Assembly (NCBI RefSeq): GCF_000143415.4
Contig: NW_003314278.1
Coordinates: 1,686,362-1,750,361 of the forward strand
Source of the DNA: Selaginella moellendorffii
Taxonomy: Eukaryota > Plantae > Lycopodiophyta
DNA: 64,000 bases
Direction: 5' to 3'
The notes below the pieces were generated by a model that did no database searches, had not been told where the DNA came from, and was given only the letters and a program-made list of their open reading frames with translations. Each line of letters opens with the position of its first letter. The stretch's first letter is position 1. Positions 1-12,000 of the stretch are shown piece after piece. The translations under genes were made by a program, and so were the position numbers.

Positions 1-1
1 T

Positions 2-367
2 GAGCTCAAGCCCAGGACCGCCTCTCCAGTCTGGTGCTACGGAGTGGTACTTTGGTTCGACGTCGGCTTTACCGAGAGGTGTTGCAAGGTTTCTCCGGTT
101 ACAATGACGACATCTCCGTTCTCTCCAAGCACGCACTGGTCACAGACGATCCTGACGTTTAGAAATCCAATCCTTCTAAGCCGCGAAGCAAGCGCAGGGC
201 CCGGAGAGTCTGGCACGAAGGAGAACCCGGCAGCGTTGCTAAAGGGAAGGATCAGCATCGCGAGAAGCTTCAAGCACCGCAGCATTGATATCTCCCTGGA
301 GACGGCGGCGGTGGCGGCTGAAAGCGGTGCCGCGTTTCCAATGCCTGTCCAGATTTTCGGATTATAG
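2..367 (+). CDS. PRMT3: Protein arginine N-methyltransferase 3, C-terminal exon (5' truncated by window)
   Basis: Frame 2 reads ...WCYGVVLWFDVGFTERCCK...TTSPFSPSTHWSQTILTF...SIARSFKHRSIDISLE...PVQIFGL*; contains the PRMT THW loop and the plant PRMT3-type C-terminus. Confidence 0.85.
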   Translation, partial: ELKPRTASPVWCYGVVLWFDVGFTERCCKVSPVTMTTSPFSPSTHWSQTILTFRNPILLSREASAGPGESGTKENPAALLKGRISIARSFKHRSIDISLETAAVAAESGAAFPMPVQIFGL

Positions 368-586
368 CAAAAGGTGAAGATCATCCCAAGCTTCGCAAAG
401 CACTTGAGGGAGGAGATGGAATCACTCCCAAAGTTTTGCTCTCATGGCTGGAACGCTATGAATTTCATTCGGATAGAATCATATTAAATTTGCTTGTTGA
501 CAACAGAGATTATGCTAGAACATAAATCATTCCTCGTGTTAGCTTTGGGAGTTGAAATTATCAACAATCACGAATTTCATTTTTTA

Positions 587-1436
587 TCAGCTCAGGAGCT
601 TCTCCAGAGCGGCGTTCTCGTCTCCACCGCAGCACTCGAGGGCAGCAGTCGCAACTTCATCCGTGAAGCCCATTTCTACCAGCTTTGCTACCTGTGAAAG
701 AACCAAGAGCTATGAGTTTACGCTAAACATCACTGTATACAAGTACCTTTTCTTCCATGCCAAGCGAAGATCTCTTCGCAAACGATTCAGTCCAGTATCT
801 TGCAGTGCTCTCGAAGACTGGATACTCACGCAAGTACTGGATCAAGCAAACAAGCGAAGTTGTCAAAAACTTCTAGCACGAAACGTTTTTTTCGCTCTTT
901 ACCTGCTTTGCGACCACTGCGTCTTGAGGATCACCCGGCTCGGGCGTGGAGAGGAGCGCTTGGAGAGAAAGTAGAGCCGTCTTGAGAGTGAGAGCCGGGC
1001 TCCACTGGTCTTTGAGAATGTCTAGGCAAATGGCTCCGTTTTGGCTGCTGATATTGGGATGCCTGGGCAAAGTAAAAGGAGACAAGATCAGCATCAAAGA
1101 AAAAAAAAAAACTAGATTTTTTGTTCCTCTTTTCTCGTGCTCTCACTCACCAGACTTTGGTAATGAACTGCATTTTGGGGGGCTCGAAAGGATACGCAGC
1201 TAGAGAAGAACAAAATAAAAAGTAAGAGTTTGAGAAGAAAGGGAAAATTTACACTTACAGGGTAACTGAATGTCGACAGTGAAGATACCGCCCTCGTAGG
1301 GAGTGCCGATAGGACCAGTGATTGTCCCTCGCATTCTACTCAGGCCATCGTCAAATACCTGGATGCTCACGCCTGACAGCTTCTTATCGCGCTCGATCTC
1401 CACAAGCTCCTTCTGCACACGAGAAACATCGAGCAT
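587..1436 (-). CDS. UBC27: Ubiquitin-conjugating enzyme E2 with C-terminal UBA domain (UBC27/UBE2K type), 5 exons
   Basis: Exons [11 protein letters not shown]...GTPYEGG; [14 protein letters not shown]; [24 protein letters not shown]; [20 protein letters not shown]; VAKLVEMGF...AALEKLLS*; GT-AG introns. Confidence 0.92.
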
Positions 1437-3199
1437 CTTCGCTTCCTCTCTGGCGCGCCCCCGGCGCCCGCAAATCCCTGCGGTGTCCCTCTCTACCTTT
1501 CCCCTCGCGTTGATCTGACCTAAGCGACCACAAGCACGGCTTGCCGTGCCTTCGCCATGAGCCCTTTCTTTGCCCACTTTTGATGCCACAAATAGCCATG
1601 ATTCGAACCGCTCACCTTTTCAAAGGATACAATTTTTTTATTTTCTTAAGTAAAAGAGGTTATTTTATTATTTTATCCATTTTATAAAACATATCTGAAT
1701 AACAAATTTATAAAAAACTTGAAATCCATATATATACAAGAAATTGCTAACAAATGCTGGGTGGTTGGCAAATTTTATGCCATTTCAAAAGGTTTGCTGA
1801 GTTTAGCTATATTTGCTGTTTAATTAACTCCACAATTGAAAGATATTCTCTTGACCGAACATGAATGTCTTAACTATAATTTAGTGTGTGTTAACGTGCT
1901 GGACATTTCAAAAAAACTAAGCTGTGGTGGCTGTGGTTATTGGTCAGCTCTTGCATCATAGCTGTAATCATTAAATAATAATGCATTTACTATACTAGGT
2001 TGCTGTCTAAACTCCTCAAATCCAGATTTCCTATACTGGAATTTACAAACTCTACCCATAAACATTGCATAAGCTAGATTGCATTCCTCCATTTTGAACG
2101 CAAAGAGGCAAAAGAATGCTTTCAAGTCCATCTTTGGCCCAAGTGTTGCAAGTTGCTCCACAGCCCACTGGAGAGGTTCCTCTTGGGATGAGCTGGAAAC
2201 CATTATATTGCAATGAGAGGTGCACTTTGGGAAACAACTGGATGAAAACTGTACCTCTGCCATTAGCACCCCAATAACACATTGCCATAACCAAAATGGC
2301 AACATGATTTTTCCCACAACCATGGATATTGAGCTTGGCCCAGGTTTGGGATTTAACGGTCGGTGGGCCTCGCCACTATCACTTTATATATATAGAAAAA
2401 TAGGGATTGCAAACTCTTTGATGGTTCTAGCCACGTTAAATGCTGGCTCTAGCTCCAGCTTTGCTGCTCGATGGCATCCACAAACCCAAACAAACATGTC
2501 TCAAATGTCCACAATACACAAAAGGCTAGATTGTTGTGGTTTAGGGCCAAATTAGCAGCCACCATTATTAATTGTGTGGCTAGCCCATCAAGACACCTTC
2601 TCCCAGCATTCCAACTATTGACACCTATGACTGGCATAAAGTTTCTTCTTCCTAATTATCATATCGAAATTGCAAGAAAAAAAGAAAATTGTGCTCAATG
2701 TCAACGCCTGACTTACTTTCTTGGTCTCGATCAATCCTAGAAGCTCTGGAGTAATTCTAGTGCTAGTCAATTTCAGAAGTAGAAGCATTGAGTTGTGATA
2801 CAACAGCCATAGAAGTGTTGATTCCAAATGATTGTGGGCAACCCTAAACTTTATGTAGCGTGAGCCCAACGCCAATTCTCGGCATAATCATCCTTCATCA
2901 CCACTCAACAATGATAAGAGTATATATTATTGGGAATGGATGCAGGGCAATGGGCAGATTTCTCCTGTCTTGGGTGCAATGTGATTTCTGGACTAACATG
3001 TGTCTTCTTTAATCCATAGCTTTCACCCAGAACACCCAATGAACTTCTTCTCTTCCAGCTAATGTGCTCATTATTGATTAGCCATCCAAACATTAATGTG
3101 ATCTTTCCCATAACCATGGATACTGAGCCTAGCTCGGGCCTTAGATCCGACGGCCAATGGGCCTCCCCACTATCATGTTATATATATAACCCTACTTCC

Positions 3200-3210
3200 A
3201 TTTGGGATTG

Positions 3211-3246
<36 letters not shown>

Positions 3247-4100
3247 TAAGGGTTTAAACCTCAATTAATATACCCATTCATATATCTTGAACACTCACAT
3301 TGGTAGAGGTGAGGACATTGCAATTTGTCCTTGAATGGTAAAGCTTTTTAATAATGATTTATTGAATGTTTGGGATTATTTAAATTTGTATTAGTTTTTC
3401 ACCAAATCTAAGATTGTAGCTATTAGATTTATTTTTCTTTTTCAATCTTTATTACATTCTCTTTTTCCACCATACCATATTGTAATCAATCACTTGAGGT
3501 TATTGATATTGCTTTGTTGAATTGAGTTTTTAATGCTATGGGGCATGATTATGTATATTGATGTTATATCCATCCTTAGTACTAACTTCCATGAAACATG
3601 ATTATATAATATCTTTTTATTTTTGGTGTTCTAATATCTCCCACTAGTAGAGTGTGATTATGACATTGATTAAAGAGATGTGGATGATGCAATCTAGTTC
3701 TTGAAGAATGTTTAAAGATTGAGTTTTTGAGAAAACAATATGTATAAACTTGAGTGGGTATTTGACATTAATGAGGAATTTCATTTCTTTAGAGATTGTT
3801 AGTAGAGTTTTTCATTTTCTTAAATTGCACAAGAAATTAAAATTAAAAATATAAATGTGTCTTAAACAAAAGAATGTTTTTTGCTCTTTTTTTGGCATGA
3901 ATATAATTAAAAATATAAAAAATTACATATTAGTGAATCTTTTCAAACATTCTCTCTTTACTACCATGACAACAGGAGATTAATATTATTGATTTCTTTT
4001 GTTGTTTTCTCTTGTTTAAGTGTAGTAAATTTGGCTTAATAAGCCAGATAAAAATAAGATAGAAACTTTTATATATTTCTAGTTGAACATACTTAGCTTA
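3200..4100 (+). mobile_element. Degenerate fragment of a short-LTR Ty3/gypsy family (LTR end, PBS, gag remnant)
   Basis: LTR end ...ACTCACA at 3299 followed by TTGGTAGAGGTGAGG, the same junction as at 13000-13023 (reverse) and 33658-33675; boundaries approximate. Confidence 0.45.
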
Positions 4101-4299
4101 GGCTTTTAGTTCTCTTTTGCTCTATTTTGCGTATTGAGCACTAGTTATTCAATATTGCTATATAAGAATTTAACATATCCATTAAACACCCCTATTATTA
4201 TGTCCACCAAACACCCTTGCTATCATGCCCCATATATTATTCCCATTTGTTATCTATTTATGATAATTGTCTAGATCTATCATTCAGTTCTATTGGCTA

Positions 4300-4717
4300 T
4301 ATTTTAAGGGGGTCGGGGAAACTAAAGGAGTATCTATATCTTTGCATTAAGCTATTAGTATGTATAATTATTATACTAGATGATTTTCTAGGAAGTTTAA
4401 ATCTAAGAGCTTACATTTGGTATCATAGGGGTCTCAAATCTAACTCTGTTAGTTAGCTAAGGGCATCACACCACATGTTAAGATTAACATTTAGTAGAAG
4501 AGTTATAGCACCCAACTTTTATTCATAATGTAAAAAAACATAATAAATTATAAGCCACTAAAAAGAACAACTTGAGAAACAAATTTATTAAAGTTTAAAT
4601 ATAGGGAAAGAGCCCATAAATCTCTTTTTCTAATCAATTAAACTTCTTGAAATATTTAAGATTACATCCATAAGTTTGAATAGTACTAGGTTGGATGATT
4701 TATTTGAAAAAAGTTTC
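4300..4717 (+). mobile_element. Degenerate Cassandra-like TRIM (LTR remnant, PBS, ~130 bp internal region, LTR)
   Basis: ...GAGCTTACA ending 4415, then TTTGGTATCATAG (Met-tRNA PBS-like), then a second LTR from ~4549 containing the 5S remnant TGAATAGTACTAGGTTGGATGA; left boundary approximate. Confidence 0.5.
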
Positions 4718-4873
4718 AATTGAAAATTAGGGTATAATTTTGTTTCTTTAGGATCTGAAGATTTGGGAAAGTTGAGAGTCTTGCTTTCTTGACACCCTAC
4801 CCCTTAGATTTAGCCCAGCCAAAGCAACCAAATGTCCAATTAAACAAAAACTTGAGATTTGTTCTAATATAAA

Positions 4874-5030
4874 ATATAAACTCCCAAGTTTAGAATTCCC
4901 AAGAGATTACCCAACCTAGTATTTCTTAAATTAAAAGATGTTTAATTCTAAATATCCTAAGATTTTTAACTAATTAAAAATGGGTGCACTTTTTTCCATA
5001 GATTCTTTTTCACTTTATATTTAAACTTTA
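4874..5030 (-). mobile_element. Degenerate Cassandra-like LTR, reverse orientation
   Basis: Reverse complement AGTGCACCC...AATACTAGGTTGGGTAATCTCTTGGGAATTC aligns with 7075-7190. Confidence 0.5.
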
Positions 5031-5708
5031 ATCAACCATCTTTTATTTCCTTTTATTGCTTATAGTATATTGAAATAGTATTAGACTTTGTTTCGCTTTG
5101 CATACTGGTCTGAGCATTAGGATGCTAAATGCTTTAGGACTATTGTAATATTACTTTGTATTTATGTTTCTTCATTCCTTACCTATGCACTTTGGAATTG
5201 TTCTATGCTCTTATTCTTTTACTCCTTAGTTATATGCTTAAGAATTTAATTCCATCCCTTAGTTTAGTGGCCCAAGACCCTAAAACTTATGAGTGCATAG
5301 AATATAAAAATGGAATATAGAAATATGCATATTAATTAGCCCAAAGCATTAGCTTATATACAAAAAATGAGTGGTTTGGATTGAAATCAATCCAAAAGTT
5401 TTCTTGATGATACATTTGCTATTGAATTTTGTTGGATGGTGAATCATATGTTTTCCAATTTTAATGATCTTGGTGGTTTCTATACTATCATATTGGTTTA
5501 TTAGATGATAACTTTCTTAGAATAATTTTGTGTTCTAATTTAAAATTTATTCACTAGTAATTCAATCTCTAAGATATCATTATCTCTAACTTTGATATTG
5601 TCCATTTTATTGATATTTGAGTTTGGGCCAGTATAGGCAAATTGGCTTCAACACTTCGTGTGCATGGTGAAATCTTTAGTCATGGGGTAGTTACTATTGA
5701 CTAATCAT

Positions 5709-7348
5709 TGTGAGACACAAAATCCCTAGGCCCCAAAGTGGAGCCGGAAGGGTGCCATGTGGTAGTGGCCGAAGCAAAAGCCAAATGAGCGTAACACATT
5801 TGGACCAAAAGCTCTGACTTGAAAAGTCGAGAGTGGGAATGAAACTCCCAATGAAGTGCTTAAGGAACAAGCGTGAAGTGAGCGATAAGTGAGTCTCTAA
5901 AAAAGGGACATGAGTGGACTTGAGATGGAGTCCGAAATGGAGTTCGAAATGGAGTCCGAGATGGAGTCTAAAATGGACCCAAGATAGAGTCTGAAATGGA
6001 ATCGAGACCGAGACCAAGGCCAAGACTGAGACCGAGACCGAGACCGAGTCCGAGTTTGAAACTGGGACCAAGACTAAGTCTGAGTTCGAGTTTGAGTCCG
6101 AGTCCAAATACTAATAGAGGCTGTTGGGTGAAAGCCCAAAGCAATCGTCCCCCAAGGGGGGGGGGGGGGGGGGGGGGCTTTGGAGGTTTCCAAAAGTATA
6201 GTAGGGAGACTGTGCGGCTTAGAGTCCAGTGGAGCGAGTTTGGCCAGAAGAGGCCACTTTGGCCTAGGAAAGGCCAGTTTGGCCTAAGAAGGCCATACCC
6301 AGTGTTGGGTGATAAATTGACCCTTAGGAAGTCCAAGACTAGAGTGAATACGGACCGATAAGCAGGGTAGTTTAGTGAAGTGTTCAAGAGCCGGCTCTAG
6401 TTCCCCCGGGAGATCGAATGGTCAATGCTCCCAATCCAAGTGTGGGTGGCACTACCTACTTGGATACCTAGCGTGGCTCAATGGAACCTTGCTCTAAACC
6501 TATGGCTAGAGCACCCAAAGGTGGAAGGCAGGGAGAGTACCCACGAGGCTCGCATAAGGCCACTGTGTTCCGAAATATTGCCCCAAAGTCCCAGGCTGTG
6601 AAAAGGAAGAGGAGCCATCCTCTAGGGTAGAGACCAAAGATACGGTCATGTGAGGAGGAAGTCCCAAAGGACTGTGGGACTTAGTGGTTGGGCTTGTGGG
6701 CTTCGATCTAGTGGTAGTGTTGGCGAACACGGCTATGGGCAGAAAGGGACTTGGTGGGGACCGGAAAAAGGGATATTGGGGAAGGTCATTCCCCATACCT
6801 GCGAGCATCCTAAGGATGTTAAGGAGTGAATTTGGGATGATCACTCATGGACAGATGGCTCAGTCTTTGAGAGACGGGGCTGTGATGTAGGTGGTGTCAG
6901 ACCACTAGTGTGACCAAGGTGAATGGGCATGGCTTTAGCATAACAGGCTGATATGTCAGTGGTACCTTGGGGTGTCAATCATGGGATCAGACACGTGGAG
7001 CACTTGGACCAAGTTGTAAGCAACCAAAGGGAACGACTCGAGAGACGGTCCATGGGGTTTAAATATAGAGGGAAGAGTGCACCCCCTTTTCCAATCGGTT
7101 AATGGTCTTGGGATAGTTGGAGTTAAGCGTCCTTGGGTTTGAATAGTACTGGGCTGGGTGACCTCCCAAGAAGTCCAAACTCAGGAGCTTACACAAGTGC
7201 AATGGTTTAGTAGCATGGATGCCATTCTTGGGGCTAGTAAGTTCCTAAGTCCAAAATAGGACTTACGGAGGTTGTGAGTGAGACTCCTCCAAGTGGTCGG
7301 AGGTGTGGTTAAGTGACTAAAGTAGAATAAAAAATTTAGTCGTTTACA
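5709..7348 (+). mobile_element. Solo LTR (TG...CA) related to the chromovirus LTR
   Basis: Flanked by ATCAT/GTCAT (5-bp TSD, one mismatch); hexamer repeats (GAGACC/GAGTCC); GGGTGAAAGCCCAAAGC-polyG-CCAAAAGTATAGTAGGG module shared with 41404-41481. Confidence 0.75.
7015..7193 (+). mobile_element. Cassandra-like solo LTR carrying a 5S rRNA internal promoter domain
   Basis: TGTAAG...CTTACA termini; perfect CAAGT TSD (7010-7014, 7194-7198); 7121-7176 AGTTAAGCGTCCTTGGGTTTGAATAGTACTGGGCTGGGTGACCTCCCAAGAAGTCC is colinear with the 5S A-box/IE/C-box. Confidence 0.85.
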
Positions 7349-8902
7349 GTCATATCACCTACCTCTTTGTCAATGTTCCTTATTTTATTAAAAGGGTGTG
7401 ACCGTGTAAACAACTTTAGTGCATGGTTATTGACTAGTTTCTCAACTAGCTCAAGTGGGAATTGATAACAGGTCCAACAATACCAACCTTTTGCTGTTGT
7501 GGCAGTAAAGAAAGAATATCTGAAAGAACTAACTAATAGGTAATTTTCGATACCTGAAGTCATATTCATGACACTTTCCCTTCTTAAGGAAGATCGACGT
7601 CCTCATCAATGCATACTCGAGTTTAGACCACTAGCAAAGAAACAACTCTAGAAAAAGTTCATGGTGATCATGTTATGTGAAAAATGCACCAACTTAAATG
7701 AATTAAGATAACTTCTTTGTCTAATGCAGATGCACTACTAACTCAAACACCTTCCGGCCATCGCTGACAAGGAAATAACCAACGGAATTAGCCACCCTTG
7801 CTACTCTAGGTGTCACCCAATTTACAAAAGTGTGATATGCCCCTGCCCATAGGGACATAGATAGAGAAGCTAGAGTCCCCAACCCTCATGAGCAAAGAAA
7901 CCAAACCTGTCAGTAAGGGTTTAGATAGACTACTGTAAACATGTAGTTTAAATTGGATAAATATAAGGTAGGAACCATATGTGTTTCTTACTAAGCATAC
8001 TTGGTCTGGTTCAAGAAACTTGTGTCATTGGCTTGTAATTGTTAGTATTAATCTTTGCAATATTGAGCTTGGTCCCTCAATATTCACTAAACAATAGTTT
8101 ACTATGTCTGCCAAACACCTTTGTTATTATGCCTTTTGTGTTAGTGTCATTCTAGTCCCAAATGCTATTTATGGAAAGTGTTTAGATTTGCTCATTTAGC
8201 ATATCTATGAAATGTAGAAATTGTCTTGAACACAATGGTGTTCCTCCTGTGTTCAAATTTGCAATTTAGAGACATTCCCTATTTAGTAAGTTTCGAGCTC
8301 ATCTTAGAGACTAACTCTTGGTACTAAAGATGGCTAAAGGTGAAAGCGGGTAGGTTAGGTATGGCCAACCAATCTGAGGAATAGTCTAGCTGCCATTTGA
8401 GTGTCTGTCCTTGTTTTGTGTCCGGCTTGGGTCTAAGCCCAAGTTCCATACTATGCTAATTAGTGAAATACCCATATCCTCACGTTAAGCCACCAGTATG
8501 CTGAAATAGCACCAAACTCTATTTGGCTTTGTTTTGCATGTTGGTTCTAGCATTGAGATGCTAAATGCTTTAGGATTATTTCAAGTTACTTCATGCTTCT
8601 ATCCCTTTGCTCCTTGGATTGAATGCTCGAGAGTCACTCTATGCTTTAGTGCCTTTACTCCTTGGCTTCATGTTTAGGAGTTTGGCTTTGTTCTTTCATT
8701 TAGTGGCCCAAGGCCTTGAAACTCAAATTATACACCACTATCCTTTAGACACATTGCATATGACATATGGTATATGGAGGGTTTAGGTTCCATTTCGTGG
8801 TTATCTTATGGTAAATCACCATAGGATGAAGGGTGAAAATCACATATGCTACAATCATAGCTATACACTTGGACCTCACATCATCCCTTTCTCTTAGAAT
8901 GA

Positions 8903-9083
8903 TGGAAGTAAAAAGAAAGACTTGAGAGATGATCTATAGAGGTTAAATATACAAAGAAAGGGTTTATGAATAAAAGTGCACCCTCTTTTCTAATCAGTTA
9001 AAAGTCTTGGGATACTTGGGTTAATTGTCCTTGGGTTATTGGGTTGGGTGAGCTTTTGAGAAGTCTAAATTCAGGAACTTACA
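8903..9083 (+). mobile_element. Degenerate Cassandra-like LTR
   Basis: Aligns to 7015-7193 and ends GAAGTCTAAATTCAGGAACTTACA. Confidence 0.65.
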
Positions 9084-12000
9084 GTATTGTAAGATGGGGA
9101 AAACTAACTAACATTAAGTTATTTATTTTATATTCTGCAGGTAAATAATGATGGGAGTTATAGTGTCGTTATTGTCCCACTTATATATGGCCTAGGTGTT
9201 TGATAGACTCTACTCGAACAAGTGGAAGAATACTTATAAAATATTGATTCTATAACCTAGCATTGGCAACTCATGGCAATTGCAAATATAAACCCAACTC
9301 CGTTAGTAGTATTGAATCATGACCATATAAGAGTTTATATAGTGAAGCACCAATAGAACTCTGCACCCTTGTAACATATGCATATCAAAGAGAAAGCAAA
9401 TAACCATCCAAAATCCGAATGCTGAAAATTCACGTACTTCACAATCATCCTTTTAAAGGTCCGGACAAGCCATTCCACTAAACCATTTAACTGTGGATGA
9501 TAAATAATCATGAAAGTGTGGCTTAACTCCAACCGAGACGTCAAACATGAAATGCTTTAGCGGGACCATTATTCGATCTACTCTAGACAGAAATGCTAGA
9601 ACACCACTCAATTAAAGAGGAAGTATCTAACAACAATTATAAATGCACTAGTAAGAGCACTAATTTCCACTCTGTAACTCAAGTAGTTAGAAGCAATAAT
9701 AATATACTTATTGCTAACAATCGATTATGGAAAATGCCATATTAGATCAAATACCACCACTCAAATGGACAAGAAACTATAATGGACTTCAACTATCCTT
9801 CTGCAGCACAAAAGGGAGTATTATAAGTTTAGCACCAAAATTAACTATGCATATACTGGATAATATAATGTCACATCTTCAGCCAATAAAAAGACCTACA
9901 CATCTTTTTATATGAAGGTGTCCTATATATCCATCTAGAATAGGAGAATCATAGTAGATATGGAAAAAACATAGAATAAAGATCAAAGGCACCACCAGCC
10001 ATAAATGATCATCATAATCTATCCCTACAAAATAAAGAAGATTGTCCTCAAAGCAATATTGAGAATATAAATACTAAAATAGTAAGTCATCAGCAAGTGA
10101 TACAAGATTTTTAAATGCATTGCAAAGCCTTTAAATCCACAATTCAATCTTTTGAGCCTCACGAACCTCATCAAAAGAAGGTAAATCTTGCTTTGAACCT
10201 TGTGAACACTAAACATTAAATACAACAACTACTGCTAGTATAGAAACTTTGTCTAAAAAATCCACAAATGCTAAAACAATAGGCTTGTTAGAAACATGAG
10301 AAGATAGCGAAGAAGGAAGAGGTGGTCAAGAAAGGGTAGCAATATCAACCATAGAACTCCCTAGGCGATTAAGAATATTAAAATCATATATCTAAAGTTT
10401 TAAATCCCACTGAGTAGTATAACTAAGTTCTTCTACTTCAATAATGAAGTAGCTACATTATAATCACCTTTTAGTAATGTCAGAGAACTATATAATTATG
10501 CATGAAGTTTCTTGAAACCCCAAACTACTGCTAAACACTCCTTCTCTATCATAGAGTAATTCACCTCCACTAGTTATAATGTATAAGTGATATATGTAAT
10601 AAGATGGTGTTGACTAAGGACACTTCGGCTCTCTTACATCAATACACCTCCAAAATTGATATCAAAAGCATTCACGCATAAAATGAAAATTCGAGTATAA
10701 TTAGGATATGCCAAAATTGGAGAAGTTGTCAATAGTTCATTGAGATCCTTAGCACCTTCTCACAGTCCACAGACTAAATTAAAGACAATGTTAATGACTT
10801 TAGCAACACTCACAATGGTGGAAAGTTGTTGGAGCATTGTTCAAACCAAATGACATCACCAAAAATTTGTACAAACCAAATAGTGTATATAAAGTAGTCT
10901 TAGAAATATCTTTTTCAGCCATTGACATTTTCTAGTACCCAAAAGCAAAATTTAACTTGGTGAATTAACGCCTTTTCCCTAGATGATCCAAGATATCAAC
11001 ACTGTGAAGAAGAGGGTACACATTTGGGATCATCACTTTGTTTAACGGATGATAATTAATGTAGAAATGAATACTCCTATTAGGGTTTGTCACAAGATGG
11101 CCGAAGAACTCTGTGATTTTCGAATAACACCCTTTTCCAACATCTCCTTGATGTTTACACATAAAATCTTGATCTCTTTTGGTAACCGACGATGAATATT
11201 AACCTTGATTGGATGAGCATCCCCAATTGGAATATGATGATGTGTTGTAATCTTGGCCTAGAATATAGTGATGTGTTGCAATCTTGGCCCCAAACAATAG
11301 GTTAAATTCAAATAGATCAGCATGCTCTTTATGAGCTGGTAAACCATTGCAACACAAAGACTATCGGAAGGATTAGAAAAGGGAATAGAGGAATAAGATA
11401 GAAATATAGAAAGAAGTAATAAAGAGACAAAAGTGATAGAAGCAAAGGTAGAAGCAAACAAAGAGGAACAGAAGTGGGAGGAATGGAAAAAATATAAAAA
11501 AGTATGAGACAAGGGGGAAAAGCCTCAAAGTCACATTTGGCATAATTATGCTGCAACTAATCTATACAAAGGATGAAGTTAGAAGCTTGAGTTGACATCA
11601 CCTACAATGACTGTAGCTCAAACTCAAAATCACCCACACAGACAATTAAGTCTGCCTCATCCTATACATATACGTGTGTACGGTGTTGCCATAAAGAATG
11701 AAAACTAGCTTTGCCACACGATGCAACTATAGATGGCAACATATGGCAATAGGCCAAAAAGCAGAAAATAAACTCAAGCTTGTATCAACCAATATAAAGA
11801 GAATAATAGGAGATCTCTTATTATAAAAATGAGCTTGAAAAGTAAACACTAGATAAACTAGTGCCAAGTGAACCCCTTAATGATACTCCCAAAAGAAAGA
11901 TGGAGGGGTGACTGACCTATTCGCGCATGGACCCTTCATTACTTATGTCACTCCTCATTTCCCAAAAGCATCTCGGTGTCTAAACCTTCTACTATAGCAG

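Larger units (their letters stand above)
5392..8853 (+). mobile_element. Old rearranged copy (3' internal region plus LTR) of the copia-derived family at 35828-50627
   Basis: 5392-5708 plus 7349-7416 match the reverse complement of ~37345-37720; ~7950-8853 matches the reverse complement of LTR 35828-36810; further LTR pieces at ~5041-5287 and ~13191-13531. Confidence 0.75.

Noticed and set aside
37-384. Minus-strand 115-aa ORF with a signal-peptide-like stretch
   Set aside because: Antisense shadow of the PRMT3 exon
7121-7176. 5S rRNA gene
   Set aside because: Only the internal 56 nt is present, embedded in a TG..CA LTR with a TSD
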